From contig JAZRVP010000042.1 in assembly GCA_045599245.1 (NCBI GenBank), positions 6,351 through 70,350 of the forward strand: a DNA stretch of 64,000 nt, given 5' to 3'. This document shows, piece by piece, positions 29,102-38,724 of the stretch. Source of the stretch: Myxococcota bacterium (GTDB lineage Bacteria > Myxococcota_A > Bradymonadia > UBA4248). The notes beneath the pieces were generated by a model, which searched no databases, had not been told where the DNA came from, and saw only the letters and a program-made list of their open reading frames with translations. The translations under genes were made by a program, and so were the position numbers. Positions within the stretch are counted from its first letter, which is position 1. Each line of letters opens with the position of its first letter.

Positions 29102-31684
29102 GTGGCATTTGATAAAGACAAAACACTGGCGTCGGCACAGAAATATGCGGACAAGGGGCAGTTCGAGAAAGCGATACGCGAGTATATGAAGGTTGTGGAA
29201 GCGGATGGCGAGGATGATCGTACGCTTCTGGAACTGTCGCGTTGCTATGAGAATTCGGGCAAGACATCTGAAGCGGTAGAGACGTATCAGAAAGTTGCGC
29301 AGTTATATCGTGCACGAGGCGCGTATCAGAAGGCACTTGCAGTATTGAAGCAGGCGCAGAAGAGTGCACCGGATGATGATGAGATTGCGATTTTCATGGC
29401 AGAGCTGAGCAATGCACTTGGGCTGGGGCATGAAGCGGTCCAGTTGTTGGAGAAGTGTTTAAGCCGAAGTGAAGAGACTGGAAATCGGCGTGGATATTCG
29501 AAGATTCTTCAGATGATGGTTCGCTTTGACAGCGAGAATCTGACGGTTCGTTTGAAATATGCGAAGATGCTTCTGGATGATGGCGATCGAGACGGGGCAA
29601 TACGCCAGTACAGTCTGACGCTTGCGATGCTGCTGAGCAAAGAGCGCTATGCGGATTATATTCAGACGTCACGGGAATATTTAAAGCTGAATCCGAATGA
29701 TGATGAAGTCATTGAGGAACTGGCGAATATATATGTCAGGATGGAGCGTTTCAATGAAGCGCTGTCGGTGTTTGGGAATGTTGAGCCGTCAGAGCGTTCG
29801 TCTCGCATGAGAGAAATGAGTGTGACGTGCTATACGCGCATGAATCGACCGCGAGAGGCATTGATAGAGCTCAAGCAGCTTGCGCATTATTATGAAGAAG
29901 ATGGCCGGACAGATTTGGCGGAAGACGCATGGCGTCGAGCGCAGAAAATTGCGCCAGCCGATCGCGAGATACAGATGGCACTTTCGGGGGGCACATCCGG
30001 GTATATGAGTCTGTGTGAGGATGATCTTCCGATGGCGGAAGTGCTTGATGATGAACCGCCGTTTTTGTCGGATAGTGCGCTGAATGTCGTCAGTGTAGGG
30101 ATGGGGCAGGAGCCTGTAGAAGAGGAGCCTGAAGTATATCAGCAGGAACGGGAAATTGCTGCGCAGTTTACGCAGGCGATGGATGCATATCGCCGTGGGA
30201 TGGCAGGCGATGCGAGCATGATGTGTCTGCAGATACTTGAATTGAAAGATTCGTATATGCCGGCGCTTCAGCTTCTTTTGCAGATCTATGAGAATCAGCA
30301 GGATGAGGAGTCTCTGGCGTTAATAGAGCGAAAGATAGCGCGAGCGATATTTGAAACAGGTGAAACGAGCGAAGCGATTCGGCATGTGTTGAAAGCAGAG
30401 AAGTACACGCCGAGATCGTGGGACAATTACAATATGTTGTTGTCATTTGGCGTAGAGCCAGGACAATACGGCTTGGTTTCACCGGACAATTTGAGGACAT
30501 CGTCGACATCTAATGCGCGCATACCTGCGGCACTGATGGCGTCAGGATATTCTTCGCGAATAACGTCTGAGCGTACGCCAGTACCGTCACAGATGCCATC
30601 GAGTTGTCCGCCAGTACCGCCAGCAATGTCTTCAGCTGGGGCAACGCCATCAGCTCCGTCAGCGGCAGTTCCGCCCGCGATGCCGTCGGTTCCACCATCG
30701 ATGCCGTCAGCGGCAGTTCCGCCTGCGATGCCGTCGGTTCCGCCGTCGTCCGTTATGCCCGTTATGCCGCCGTCGGTTTTGCCTTCGGCAGTTTCAGAAA
30801 TACAGCCGGTCGTTTCATCGGCATTGCCGTCAGCGCCTCCTGTTCCGCCGAGTGTTCGACCTAAATCGTCGTCAGTGAATGAACGCGTTCCGGAAGCCGC
30901 ACCGAGTGTATCGGTTCCGTCGGCCATTGCGCCGAAAAGTATGGGGACGGCGGTGTTGTCATCGGAACAGCCGCAGGAAGATGCATCGAGTTATGCGAGC
31001 GCTGTGTCGAATGAAGATCTCGACGAAGTGTTTGGAGGTATTTTTGGTAAAGCGCCGGAGAAGCCGTCAGTGCCTGTGCCCCAGGTTCCGCCACGCAGCG
31101 TTGTGCCCGGGCGTCCGTCAGGGCTTCCAGGCCGCGTTCCTTCAGTTCCAGCCCGTCAGCCGTCCGTGACACTTCCGCCAGTTTCCTCTCAGATTCGTAT
31201 GTCAGTGCCGCCGGCAGGTGTTCCTGGCGTGAAACGCAATTCTACGATAAACGGTCCAGTGGGGGTTGGCCTTCCGCCAGCCAAACCCATTATTGCGCCG
31301 AAACCTGCGGTTATGGGTGGAAGTTTTGCTCAGAATCCTGCCGAATCGGTTCCCGTCGTCAATGAATGTAAAGTCAGCGATGATGACATGGTTGATTACA
31401 ATGTCGGCGATATGATAGATGACGATTTGGAAGCAACGCCAGTCAGTCCTGTCGAAGGGGTTGAAGAGGATGATGCAGCCGAGAATATGCCATATACCGG
31501 TGAGGTGGTACCCATTACGGATGAAAACCGAGCCAGGATTAGTGAACAGCTTCAGGAAATCGAATTTTTTGCGTCGCTGATGTTGCTCGACGATGCGCGC
31601 AGGCTGCTTCAAGGCTTGATCGATCGTCATGGTGATGTCGACATGATTCATGAGATGAAGGTGAAACTCGATAGCCTCGGTTAA
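29102..31684 (+). CDS. TPR-repeat protein with long Pro/Ser-rich region
   Basis: Helical TPR-like repeats over the N-terminal ~450 aa; VPP/SVPP low-complexity region; acidic C-terminal helix. Confidence 0.8.
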   Translation: MAFDKDKTLASAQKYADKGQFEKAIREYMKVVEADGEDDRTLLELSRCYENSGKTSEAVETYQKVAQLYRARGAYQKALAVLKQAQKSAPDDDEIAIFMAELSNALGLGHEAVQLLEKCLSRSEETGNRRGYSKILQMMVRFDSENLTVRLKYAKMLLDDGDRDGAIRQYSLTLAMLLSKERYADYIQTSREYLKLNPNDDEVIEELANIYVRMERFNEALSVFGNVEPSERSSRMREMSVTCYTRMNRPREALIELKQLAHYYEEDGRTDLAEDAWRRAQKIAPADREIQMALSGGTSGYMSLCEDDLPMAEVLDDEPPFLSDSALNVVSVGMGQEPVEEEPEVYQQEREIAAQFTQAMDAYRRGMAGDASMMCLQILELKDSYMPALQLLLQIYENQQDEESLALIERKIARAIFETGETSEAIRHVLKAEKYTPRSWDNYNMLLSFGVEPGQYGLVSPDNLRTSSTSNARIPAALMASGYSSRITSERTPVPSQMPSSCPPVPPAMSSAGATPSAPSAAVPPAMPSVPPSMPSAAVPPAMPSVPPSSVMPVMPPSVLPSAVSEIQPVVSSALPSAPPVPPSVRPKSSSVNERVPEAAPSVSVPSAIAPKSMGTAVLSSEQPQEDASSYASAVSNEDLDEVFGGIFGKAPEKPSVPVPQVPPRSVVPGRPSGLPGRVPSVPARQPSVTLPPVSSQIRMSVPPAGVPGVKRNSTINGPVGVGLPPAKPIIAPKPAVMGGSFAQNPAESVPVVNECKVSDDDMVDYNVGDMIDDDLEATPVSPVEGVEEDDAAENMPYTGEVVPITDENRARISEQLQEIEFFASLMLLDDARRLLQGLIDRHGDVDMIHEMKVKLDSLG

Positions 31685-31769
31685 GGCCTTCATCCAAGTT
31701 CACAGCGGTTGTCGAGCGCCTGTCTCGGAGCCGCTTTTTTTTGCCTGATTGAAAGCTTGAGGATAATCA

Positions 31770-33566
31770 ATGAATTTAACGGATATCGATCGTCTTAATT
31801 TTACAACACTTGGTGGTCTGATGGAATTTGCCGTCAGGGAATATTCCGACAGACCGCTGTGGGGCATAAAAAAAGACGGCGTGTATGAATGGATGAGCTA
31901 TTCGGAATTTGACGTGATTATGAGAAAATTCCGAAGTGTTCTGAAGAAAAGTGGTTTTGTCAAAGGGGATCGTCTGGCGGTGATTGCCAACAATTCGGTT
32001 GAGTTTGCGGCTGCCGTGTATGCGGCGTACGGGCTTGGGGGCATTGTTGTTCCCATGTACGAAGTCCAGAAACTCCAGGACTGGGAATATATATTTGGGG
32101 ATTCGAAGCCAAAAATTGCCGTTGTTGGAACGGATGTAATTCGAGAAAAGATAGAGGGACTCGGCTGCGAAAGTCTTGAAAAGATATATGTTATTCGACC
32201 TGAAAAGGGCAGCACAAGTGAAGCTCTGATGAAATGTATTGAAGAAGAAACAGAGCTTTGTGATGTGGATGCCAGCGTGTCCGAGACGGATATATCGGAT
32301 ATCATTTATACAAGCGGAACGACGGGAAGACCGCGAGGTGTGGAGCTGACGCATCGTGGGATTGTGAAGGACTGTAAGGGGACGGCAGCGCGGTTTTCGA
32401 TTGGTCCGTCGGATCGAACGCTTGCGTTTTTGCCGTGGGCACATGCTTTTGGCAAGACCGTTGAGCTTCATATATTCCCGAGTGTCGGAGCCTCGATAGG
32501 ACTTGTTGAATCGAACCGGACGATTTCCCAGAATCTTGTTGAAGTGAATCCGACGATTCTTGTCTCGGTCCCCAAAATCTTCAACAAGATATATGATACG
32601 GTGCATTTGATGATGGAGGAAAAGCGCAGTGTCAGGGTTCTGTTTGAACAGGCGCAGGCGCTGTCCAGGAAGGCGCAGAGCGGAAAGTTGTCGTTGTTTG
32701 GCAAGGCTCAGAAATTTGTTCTCGATAAGACGATAACGGCAAAAGTGAGAAGCAGGTTTGGAACATCGCTGAGATTTTGCATCAGTGGTGGAGCGTCTTT
32801 GAGCCAGGAAGTGATGACATTTTTCGGGAATTTCGGGATCAGGATATACGAAGGTTATGGAATGACGGAACATTCACCGATAATTTCGGTGAACAATCCT
32901 GAGCTTTGCAAGGTAGGTGCAGTAGGCCGTCCGCTTGATGGCGTGAAGATCGAGATTCTTCATGACAATGAGAATTTGGACAAGAGTGACGAGCGTTGCG
33001 GTGAGATCGTGATCACGAGCGAAAGCATCATGAAAGGGTATCACGGAGCGCCGGAGGCGACGCTTGAGATGATTGACAGTCAGGGGCGGCTTCGCACGGG
33101 TGATATGGGGTATGTTGACGAAGACGGCTGTCTGTGGATAACGGGTCGGGTGAAGGAACAGTACAAGCTTGAGAACGGCAAGTATGTCGTTCCGACGGCG
33201 CTGGAAGAGAAGATCAACGATTCGACGATGATATCGAATGCGGTGGTGTTTGGGGCAGGTCGTCCGTACAATGTAGTGCTGCTTCATCCGTCGGATGAAT
33301 TTGTTGCGAAATTCCGCAAAGAGCATCATTTGGAGGAAGCGACGCAGGAGAGTCTTGAGACGAACAGTGAACTTCGTGAGCTGCTCAATCAGGAGCTTCA
33401 GAGCCGATGCAATGATTTTCGAGGGTATGAGAGGCCGCAGAAATTTGCAGTGACGCTGGAGGAATTTACGATCGAAAACGGGTTGTTGACGCCGGCACTG
33501 AAGATAAAGCGACGCGAGGTCGAGAAGCGGTTTGGCGAAGTATTGTCGGGCCTGTATCGAACATAA
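31770..33566 (+). CDS. Long-chain fatty acid--CoA ligase (AMP-binding)
   Basis: IIYTSGTTGRPRGV, YEGYGMTE, RTGDMG, GRVKEQYKLENGKYV, LTPALKIKR. Confidence 0.93.
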   Translation: MNLTDIDRLNFTTLGGLMEFAVREYSDRPLWGIKKDGVYEWMSYSEFDVIMRKFRSVLKKSGFVKGDRLAVIANNSVEFAAAVYAAYGLGGIVVPMYEVQKLQDWEYIFGDSKPKIAVVGTDVIREKIEGLGCESLEKIYVIRPEKGSTSEALMKCIEEETELCDVDASVSETDISDIIYTSGTTGRPRGVELTHRGIVKDCKGTAARFSIGPSDRTLAFLPWAHAFGKTVELHIFPSVGASIGLVESNRTISQNLVEVNPTILVSVPKIFNKIYDTVHLMMEEKRSVRVLFEQAQALSRKAQSGKLSLFGKAQKFVLDKTITAKVRSRFGTSLRFCISGGASLSQEVMTFFGNFGIRIYEGYGMTEHSPIISVNNPELCKVGAVGRPLDGVKIEILHDNENLDKSDERCGEIVITSESIMKGYHGAPEATLEMIDSQGRLRTGDMGYVDEDGCLWITGRVKEQYKLENGKYVVPTALEEKINDSTMISNAVVFGAGRPYNVVLLHPSDEFVAKFRKEHHLEEATQESLETNSELRELLNQELQSRCNDFRGYERPQKFAVTLEEFTIENGLLTPALKIKRREVEKRFGEVLSGLYRT

Positions 33567-33575
33567 GAAAAGGAT

Positions 33576-33640
33576 TTCGGGCGTATTTGCGTAGCAAATA
33601 GCCCGGAAAGCGCGGCCGTATTGCGAAGCGATAGGCGCGC
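33576..33640. repeat. Two bulged-hairpin repeats (reverse orientation)
   Basis: CGGGC-G-TATTTGC-GTA-GCAAATA-GCCCG and GCC-G-TATTGC-GAA-GCGATA-GGC. Confidence 0.8.
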
Positions 33641-33775
33641 CCCTTTATGCTCAAAGCGTCATAAAAAAGCGCATTAAATGGCGAATTATGGGCGATGTGA
33701 GCGTTGCAGAGCTTTGTTCCATGTGTTAATAGAGAAAAGGAATTTTGGATATTTTAACAGAAACAGGGAATAACG

Positions 33776-34693
33776 ATGCTGACATTTCAACGGGTATTTG
33801 CGACACGCCAACAGGCGCTGGATGTATATCGGAGCCAACTTTCCGGGCAGAAATTATATGTGGAGTCGTTTGAGGGCTATTCGAAGGGTTCGGAAGTCGA
33901 AGTCAAACTGGAAATCCGCGAAACGAGCCAGAAAATCGTTCTCAAAGGGACGGTTGAACGAGTGATAGGCAAGAAAGAAGTTGTGGAACTGGGATATGGA
34001 CAGCGTCCGGGACTGATGCTGAATATTCCGATTACGGGCGACATCGTGCAGCCTTTGAGAGGATTTTTCCTTGCGCAGAATACGCAGAATGCGCAGAATA
34101 CGAAGAGTTCGTCATCACCTGTTCGACCGTCTGTGATGCGTCCCGGTTCGGTGAGTGCGAAACCTGCGGCATCGGACGTGATACCGTTTGCCAATATCGA
34201 TAAATGCAGTCCTGAAGAAGCGTTGTCTCAGGTGGATGCGTTTTTGGAGCTGTCCGAGAAGTGCAGTTTATTTTCGGTGTTTAATGTCCGGTCGAGTGTT
34301 GATCGCAAGGAACTTCGTCGGATATACAATATTGTGGTGAGAAAGCTTCATCCGGATTCGTATCCGGAATCGTTTGATGCGGTTTTGACGGATAAATTAA
34401 GCGATGCGTATCAGGTGTTTAATGAGGCATATAAGATATTACAGCATCCTGTATTGAGTGCGATATATATGGATATATCAAAGCAGGAGAGGCGTTTTGA
34501 GGGAATGAGTCTTCCGGCGTATAAGAAGTGGCTGGAGGATTACCGGACGCGAAATGCGGCGAATATCCGTTTGGCAGAGGACTTTGCGAACAAGGCATTG
34601 GCCTCGGAAGATGCTGTGGAATGTGAAAAGAATCTTCGACTTGCGCTTCAGTATGATCCGTTTAACGAAACGGCGCGAGAAGCGATGAAATAA
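33776..34693 (+). CDS. J-domain (DnaJ-like, HPD) protein with beta-rich N-terminal domain (PilZ-like, tentative)
   Basis: ELRRIYNIVVRKLHPDSY...FNEAYKIL; C-terminal TPR-like ALQYDP. Confidence 0.75.
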   Translation: MLTFQRVFATRQQALDVYRSQLSGQKLYVESFEGYSKGSEVEVKLEIRETSQKIVLKGTVERVIGKKEVVELGYGQRPGLMLNIPITGDIVQPLRGFFLAQNTQNAQNTKSSSSPVRPSVMRPGSVSAKPAASDVIPFANIDKCSPEEALSQVDAFLELSEKCSLFSVFNVRSSVDRKELRRIYNIVVRKLHPDSYPESFDAVLTDKLSDAYQVFNEAYKILQHPVLSAIYMDISKQERRFEGMSLPAYKKWLEDYRTRNAANIRLAEDFANKALASEDAVECEKNLRLALQYDPFNETAREAMK

Positions 34694-34709
34694 TCGAGGG
34701 AGGTTAGAC

Positions 34710-34988
34710 GTGACGAAATCAGAGATCACGCAGAAGCTGGCGCATGAATATCATCTTGCGCCGCGACATGCCCGTTTGGTGGTTGATGCGCTTTTTAACA
34801 ATATCATAGCGAGTGCGATGCAAGGTGAGTGTGTGATATTAAGAGGGTTTGGAACGTTTTCAGTGAAGGTATTGAGGGCGCGTCAGAGCCGTAATCCACG
34901 AACCGGAGAAGAGATAAGTGTTAAAGAGCGTCGGAGTCTTCATTTCAAGCCTGGGCGTGTCCTTTATTCCCGTATGAATAACGGTTAA
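34710..34988 (+). CDS. Integration host factor beta / HU family DNA-binding protein
   Basis: MTKSE, LRGFGTF, RNPRTGEEI, FKPG. Confidence 0.92.
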   Translation: MTKSEITQKLAHEYHLAPRHARLVVDALFNNIIASAMQGECVILRGFGTFSVKVLRARQSRNPRTGEEISVKERRSLHFKPGRVLYSRMNNG

Positions 34989-34991
34989 GAG

Positions 34992-36074
34992 ATGTCCAAA
35001 ATTGCATTTATAGCGGCGTTTCCGCCGCCGATAACGGGGCAGAGTCTTGCGGCAGATTTGTTGCGAAAGGGCCTGCAGGAAGCGGGAATCGAGTATTATG
35101 AACTCGATTTGGCGGAACCGATAGGCGGTGAGAACCTTCTCAAGCGGATCATGCATTTGGCCAAAGCAGAAGGACGGCTTGCTGTATTATGCATTCGTCA
35201 TCGCGACTTGATCGTTTATTTTCAGCTTGGACACGGCAGACTAGCCCTTGTTCGCGACATGTTTTTTATGGCGACAGCTGAGGCATTTGGCCGACCTTGC
35301 ATCGGTCATGTCCATGGATCGGGTTTCAGAAAGGCACTTGATGGACTTCCCAGGCCGATACGTTGGTTTGAAAAGCAGTTGATAAGGCGTCTCAAGGCTG
35401 CCGTCGTTCTGAGCGATTCTCTTCGCACGATGTTCGACGATGTTCTTTGCAAAGAGCGCGTTCATGCAGTGGACAACGGCATAGATCCGGAATTTGTCGG
35501 CATGACGCTTGGGGCTGAAGACCGGGCACAAAGAGATGAGTTTCGCATTCTGTTTTTGAGCAATTTTTTGACGGCCAAAGGGTTTTCGACCGTGCTTAGG
35601 ACGGCTGTTCAAGCACAAAAGACCGGGAAATCGTGGCGTTTTGTATTTATCGGTGAAAAGATTGCAAAACAGGATGTCGATATCGATGCCTATATCGCCG
35701 ATTATGGTTTGACAAATGTCGAAGTCAGCGATGTTGTCGTTGGATTGCAGAAACATGCGGCCTATCGCGAAGCTGATGTTTTTGTTTTACCATCGTCGTA
35801 TGAAGGACAGCCACTTTGTATTCTTGAGGCGATGTTTGAAGCACTTCCTGTGATAACGACGAAAGTGGGGGGAATACCGGAGATTTTTTCGGACGAAACA
35901 GGCGTTCGTTATGTGTCGCCTGGTGCCCCGGAACAGATATATGATGTGTTATGTGAATTTGAACATGAGCCGGAAATGTTGAAAAGGATGGGACATGCGA
36001 ACAGGGAACTGGCCATGTCGAGATTTACAGCCGGTGAACATGTCAGACGGATGATAGAGATCATCATGGGATGA
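34992..36074 (+). CDS. Glycosyltransferase family 4
   Basis: ADVFVLPSSYEGQPLCILEAM (EX7E) and TTKVGGIPE. Confidence 0.92.
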   Translation: MSKIAFIAAFPPPITGQSLAADLLRKGLQEAGIEYYELDLAEPIGGENLLKRIMHLAKAEGRLAVLCIRHRDLIVYFQLGHGRLALVRDMFFMATAEAFGRPCIGHVHGSGFRKALDGLPRPIRWFEKQLIRRLKAAVVLSDSLRTMFDDVLCKERVHAVDNGIDPEFVGMTLGAEDRAQRDEFRILFLSNFLTAKGFSTVLRTAVQAQKTGKSWRFVFIGEKIAKQDVDIDAYIADYGLTNVEVSDVVVGLQKHAAYREADVFVLPSSYEGQPLCILEAMFEALPVITTKVGGIPEIFSDETGVRYVSPGAPEQIYDVLCEFEHEPEMLKRMGHANRELAMSRFTAGEHVRRMIEIIMG

Positions 36075-36138
36075 GAAAGGAATTCGAAGTCGAACTGCTG
36101 AACATCATTCCAATCAAATAAGGCAAAGGACCCGTTCG

Positions 36139-38652
36139 ATGTTTTGGAACAGGAATCTGAATTGTCGTTTTTTTCTGATTTTTTCCTCGGCCGCAATCAT
36201 GCTTGGATGTGCATCAACCGGCCAGAATGAACAATCACAAGCTCCAAAAGAGGCCGTGAAACAGGGTTGTACGCATCACAAGGAGTGCGGCGGCGATGCC
36301 TATTGCTTTGAAGGCTTGTGTACATCGTATCCCATGACGAGTTGTGAACCGCTTGAGGCAACAGGGAATGGGGCTTGTCGCCGCGAGGGAAGCGGCAGTC
36401 GGATTGTTCTTCGCGGGGATATCGTCGGCGTGGGTGGCATAACGAAGGGTGGCAGTGTCGTCGTTGAAAATGGCCGGATAACGTATGTCGGGTGTTCACC
36501 TGACATGGCGGATTCTGTCGTCATTACATGCCCTGAATCCGTGATAAGTCCGGCATTTATCAATGGTCACGAGCATTTGACGTATTCCAATGCGGCCCCT
36601 GCGGACTGGGCAAATGAACGTTTTTCCCATCGCAATGAATGGCGAAAAGGGGCAAATGGCCATACCAAAGTCAAAGGTCCGAGGACGAAGCATAACGAAA
36701 CCGTAGAGATAAGAGCCCTGATGTCTGGAACGACGTCGATCTTTGGGTCGGGACGAGTCCCCGGGTTGGCGCGCAATATCGATGAAGAGAACATTGAAGG
36801 CGTTCGAAGCGTTTATCAAACATTCCCTCTTGGGGACAGCAGTGATGGCGTGATACGCGATAATGACTGCAATTATGATTATCACGATTCAGTTCTCGAT
36901 ATCGACAGCGGTTGTCCGTATGGTCCGCACATTGGCGAAGGCATTAGTGATGCAGCCAGAAATGAAATTCGTTGTTTGGGTACAGACGGCCCGCACACGA
37001 TATTTAGAGACAATCTGGCGATGATTCACGGCGTTGCGGCATCACCGTCACAGATCGCGGAAATGTCAAAAAAGCATGTCAAACTGATATGGTCTCCGCG
37101 ATCAAATATATCTTTATATGGCGATACCGCGATGGTGCCGGTTTATGACAGACTGGGTGTTGAGATTGGTTTTGGAACCGACTGGATATATTCCGGATCG
37201 GCAACCATGCTTCGCGAACTGGCTTGTGCCGATAGATTAAATCGCGATTATTATGACGGTTATTTCAGTGATTATGATTTGTGGCGAATGCCGACGTGGA
37301 ACAATGCCAAGGCTTTTGGCCTGAGTCACGTTCTTGGTGATTTGAAAAAAGGCTATATTGCAGATGTCGTTATCTTCCGTCGCCAGGAAGGACAATCGTC
37401 CTATCGTTCGGTGATAACTGCGGAAAATAAAGATATTCAGCTCGTCATGATGGAAGGCAATCTCGTCTATGGCGATGATATGTTGATGGAAAATGGCGAA
37501 GCGATCGACGTCTGCGGCGTGTCCAAGAAGATCGATCTGGCCGTGACCGGGTCAGAAACGACGTTTTCGGAGGCATTAAAGAACGCGGCTTACGATATGT
37601 ATTTCTGTTCGATACCGTCTGGAGAACCTAGCTGTATTCCATCTCGAACCCGTCCGGAGGATTCAGATGTTCTTTCATCTACTCGCTATGACGGTGCCGT
37701 GAATCCTTATGGGCCAGATCGGGACGGTGACGGCATCCCGGATGATGTCGATAACTGTCCGACTGTGTTCAATCCCATTCGGCCACTGGATCACGGCGTT
37801 CAGGCGGATTTTGACGGTGACGGCATGGGAGATATCTGTGACCCGAAACCACTTTGTGCCGAGAACATGATGTCATGTCCCGTGATAGCCACAAACGATT
37901 ATGACGAAGATGGCGTAGATAATTCGTTAGACAATTGCCCGTATATCGCGAATCCGGAACAGACGGACAGCGATGGTGACGGCAAGGGAGATGCGTGTGA
38001 TTCCTGTCCCAATGAAGCTAATTCCGGATCGCAGAGATGCACACTGACGACACAGAAAACGATTCGTGAAGTCAATGACTCGATACGTCAGACCTGCACT
38101 AATCTCAAGGCAGCGTGCCGGATTCAGGAGGAGGCAAAGGTGTCGGGTCGAGTGACGGCTGTGGCTTCTCACGGTTTCTTTATGCAGATGCCTGATGCAG
38201 GTGATGTCCTGGGAACGGGGATTTATGTCGTATCTCCTGAAGGCGTGGAAATCGGAGACGATGTGACGGTACAGGGATATCCAGGATTGTCATCCGGGAT
38301 GCCGATCATGGCACGGCCTGAAGTGAAAATTGTGTCGAAAAAGCAGAAGGTGATTGAACCGACAGAAGTTAAAATATCTGATGTGTCGGTGGATGGAGAA
38401 AAAGCACGTCAGTTGACGGGGGTACTCATTTCCGTGAAGAAGGCAGTTGTTCAGGCGCATGATTCCCAGGCGAGTTATGGCATGTATCCCGTAAAGGACG
38501 AGAGTGGAGCGTCGATGTATCTGGATGATTTTGTGTGGATGATTTCACCGATTCCCGAAGAAGGGAAGGCATTTGATCGTGTCACAGGGATATTGGTGTA
38601 CGATTTTGGCAATTATAAGATTGCGCCATCCGGTGAAAGCGATTTGAAATAA
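36139..38652 (+). CDS. Secreted amidohydrolase-family lipoprotein with thrombospondin type-3 repeats and OB-like C-terminus
   Basis: Lipobox LGC; PAFINGHEH, HIGEG, IHG, WSPRSN, GTDW; DRDGDGIPDDVDNCP and DSDGDGKGDACD repeats. Confidence 0.82.
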   Translation: MFWNRNLNCRFFLIFSSAAIMLGCASTGQNEQSQAPKEAVKQGCTHHKECGGDAYCFEGLCTSYPMTSCEPLEATGNGACRREGSGSRIVLRGDIVGVGGITKGGSVVVENGRITYVGCSPDMADSVVITCPESVISPAFINGHEHLTYSNAAPADWANERFSHRNEWRKGANGHTKVKGPRTKHNETVEIRALMSGTTSIFGSGRVPGLARNIDEENIEGVRSVYQTFPLGDSSDGVIRDNDCNYDYHDSVLDIDSGCPYGPHIGEGISDAARNEIRCLGTDGPHTIFRDNLAMIHGVAASPSQIAEMSKKHVKLIWSPRSNISLYGDTAMVPVYDRLGVEIGFGTDWIYSGSATMLRELACADRLNRDYYDGYFSDYDLWRMPTWNNAKAFGLSHVLGDLKKGYIADVVIFRRQEGQSSYRSVITAENKDIQLVMMEGNLVYGDDMLMENGEAIDVCGVSKKIDLAVTGSETTFSEALKNAAYDMYFCSIPSGEPSCIPSRTRPEDSDVLSSTRYDGAVNPYGPDRDGDGIPDDVDNCPTVFNPIRPLDHGVQADFDGDGMGDICDPKPLCAENMMSCPVIATNDYDEDGVDNSLDNCPYIANPEQTDSDGDGKGDACDSCPNEANSGSQRCTLTTQKTIREVNDSIRQTCTNLKAACRIQEEAKVSGRVTAVASHGFFMQMPDAGDVLGTGIYVVSPEGVEIGDDVTVQGYPGLSSGMPIMARPEVKIVSKKQKVIEPTEVKISDVSVDGEKARQLTGVLISVKKAVVQAHDSQASYGMYPVKDESGASMYLDDFVWMISPIPEEGKAFDRVTGILVYDFGNYKIAPSGESDLK

Positions 38653-38674
38653 TTATTATATATTTATATATAAT

Positions 38675-38702
38675 AAAAAAAAGCCGCGAAAGCGGCTTTT
38701 TT
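38675..38702. terminator. Bidirectional intrinsic terminator
   Basis: AAAAAAAAGCCGC-GAAA-GCGGCTTTTTT between convergent genes. Confidence 0.85.
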
Positions 38703-38724
38703 ATATGGTGAAATATATATAAAC

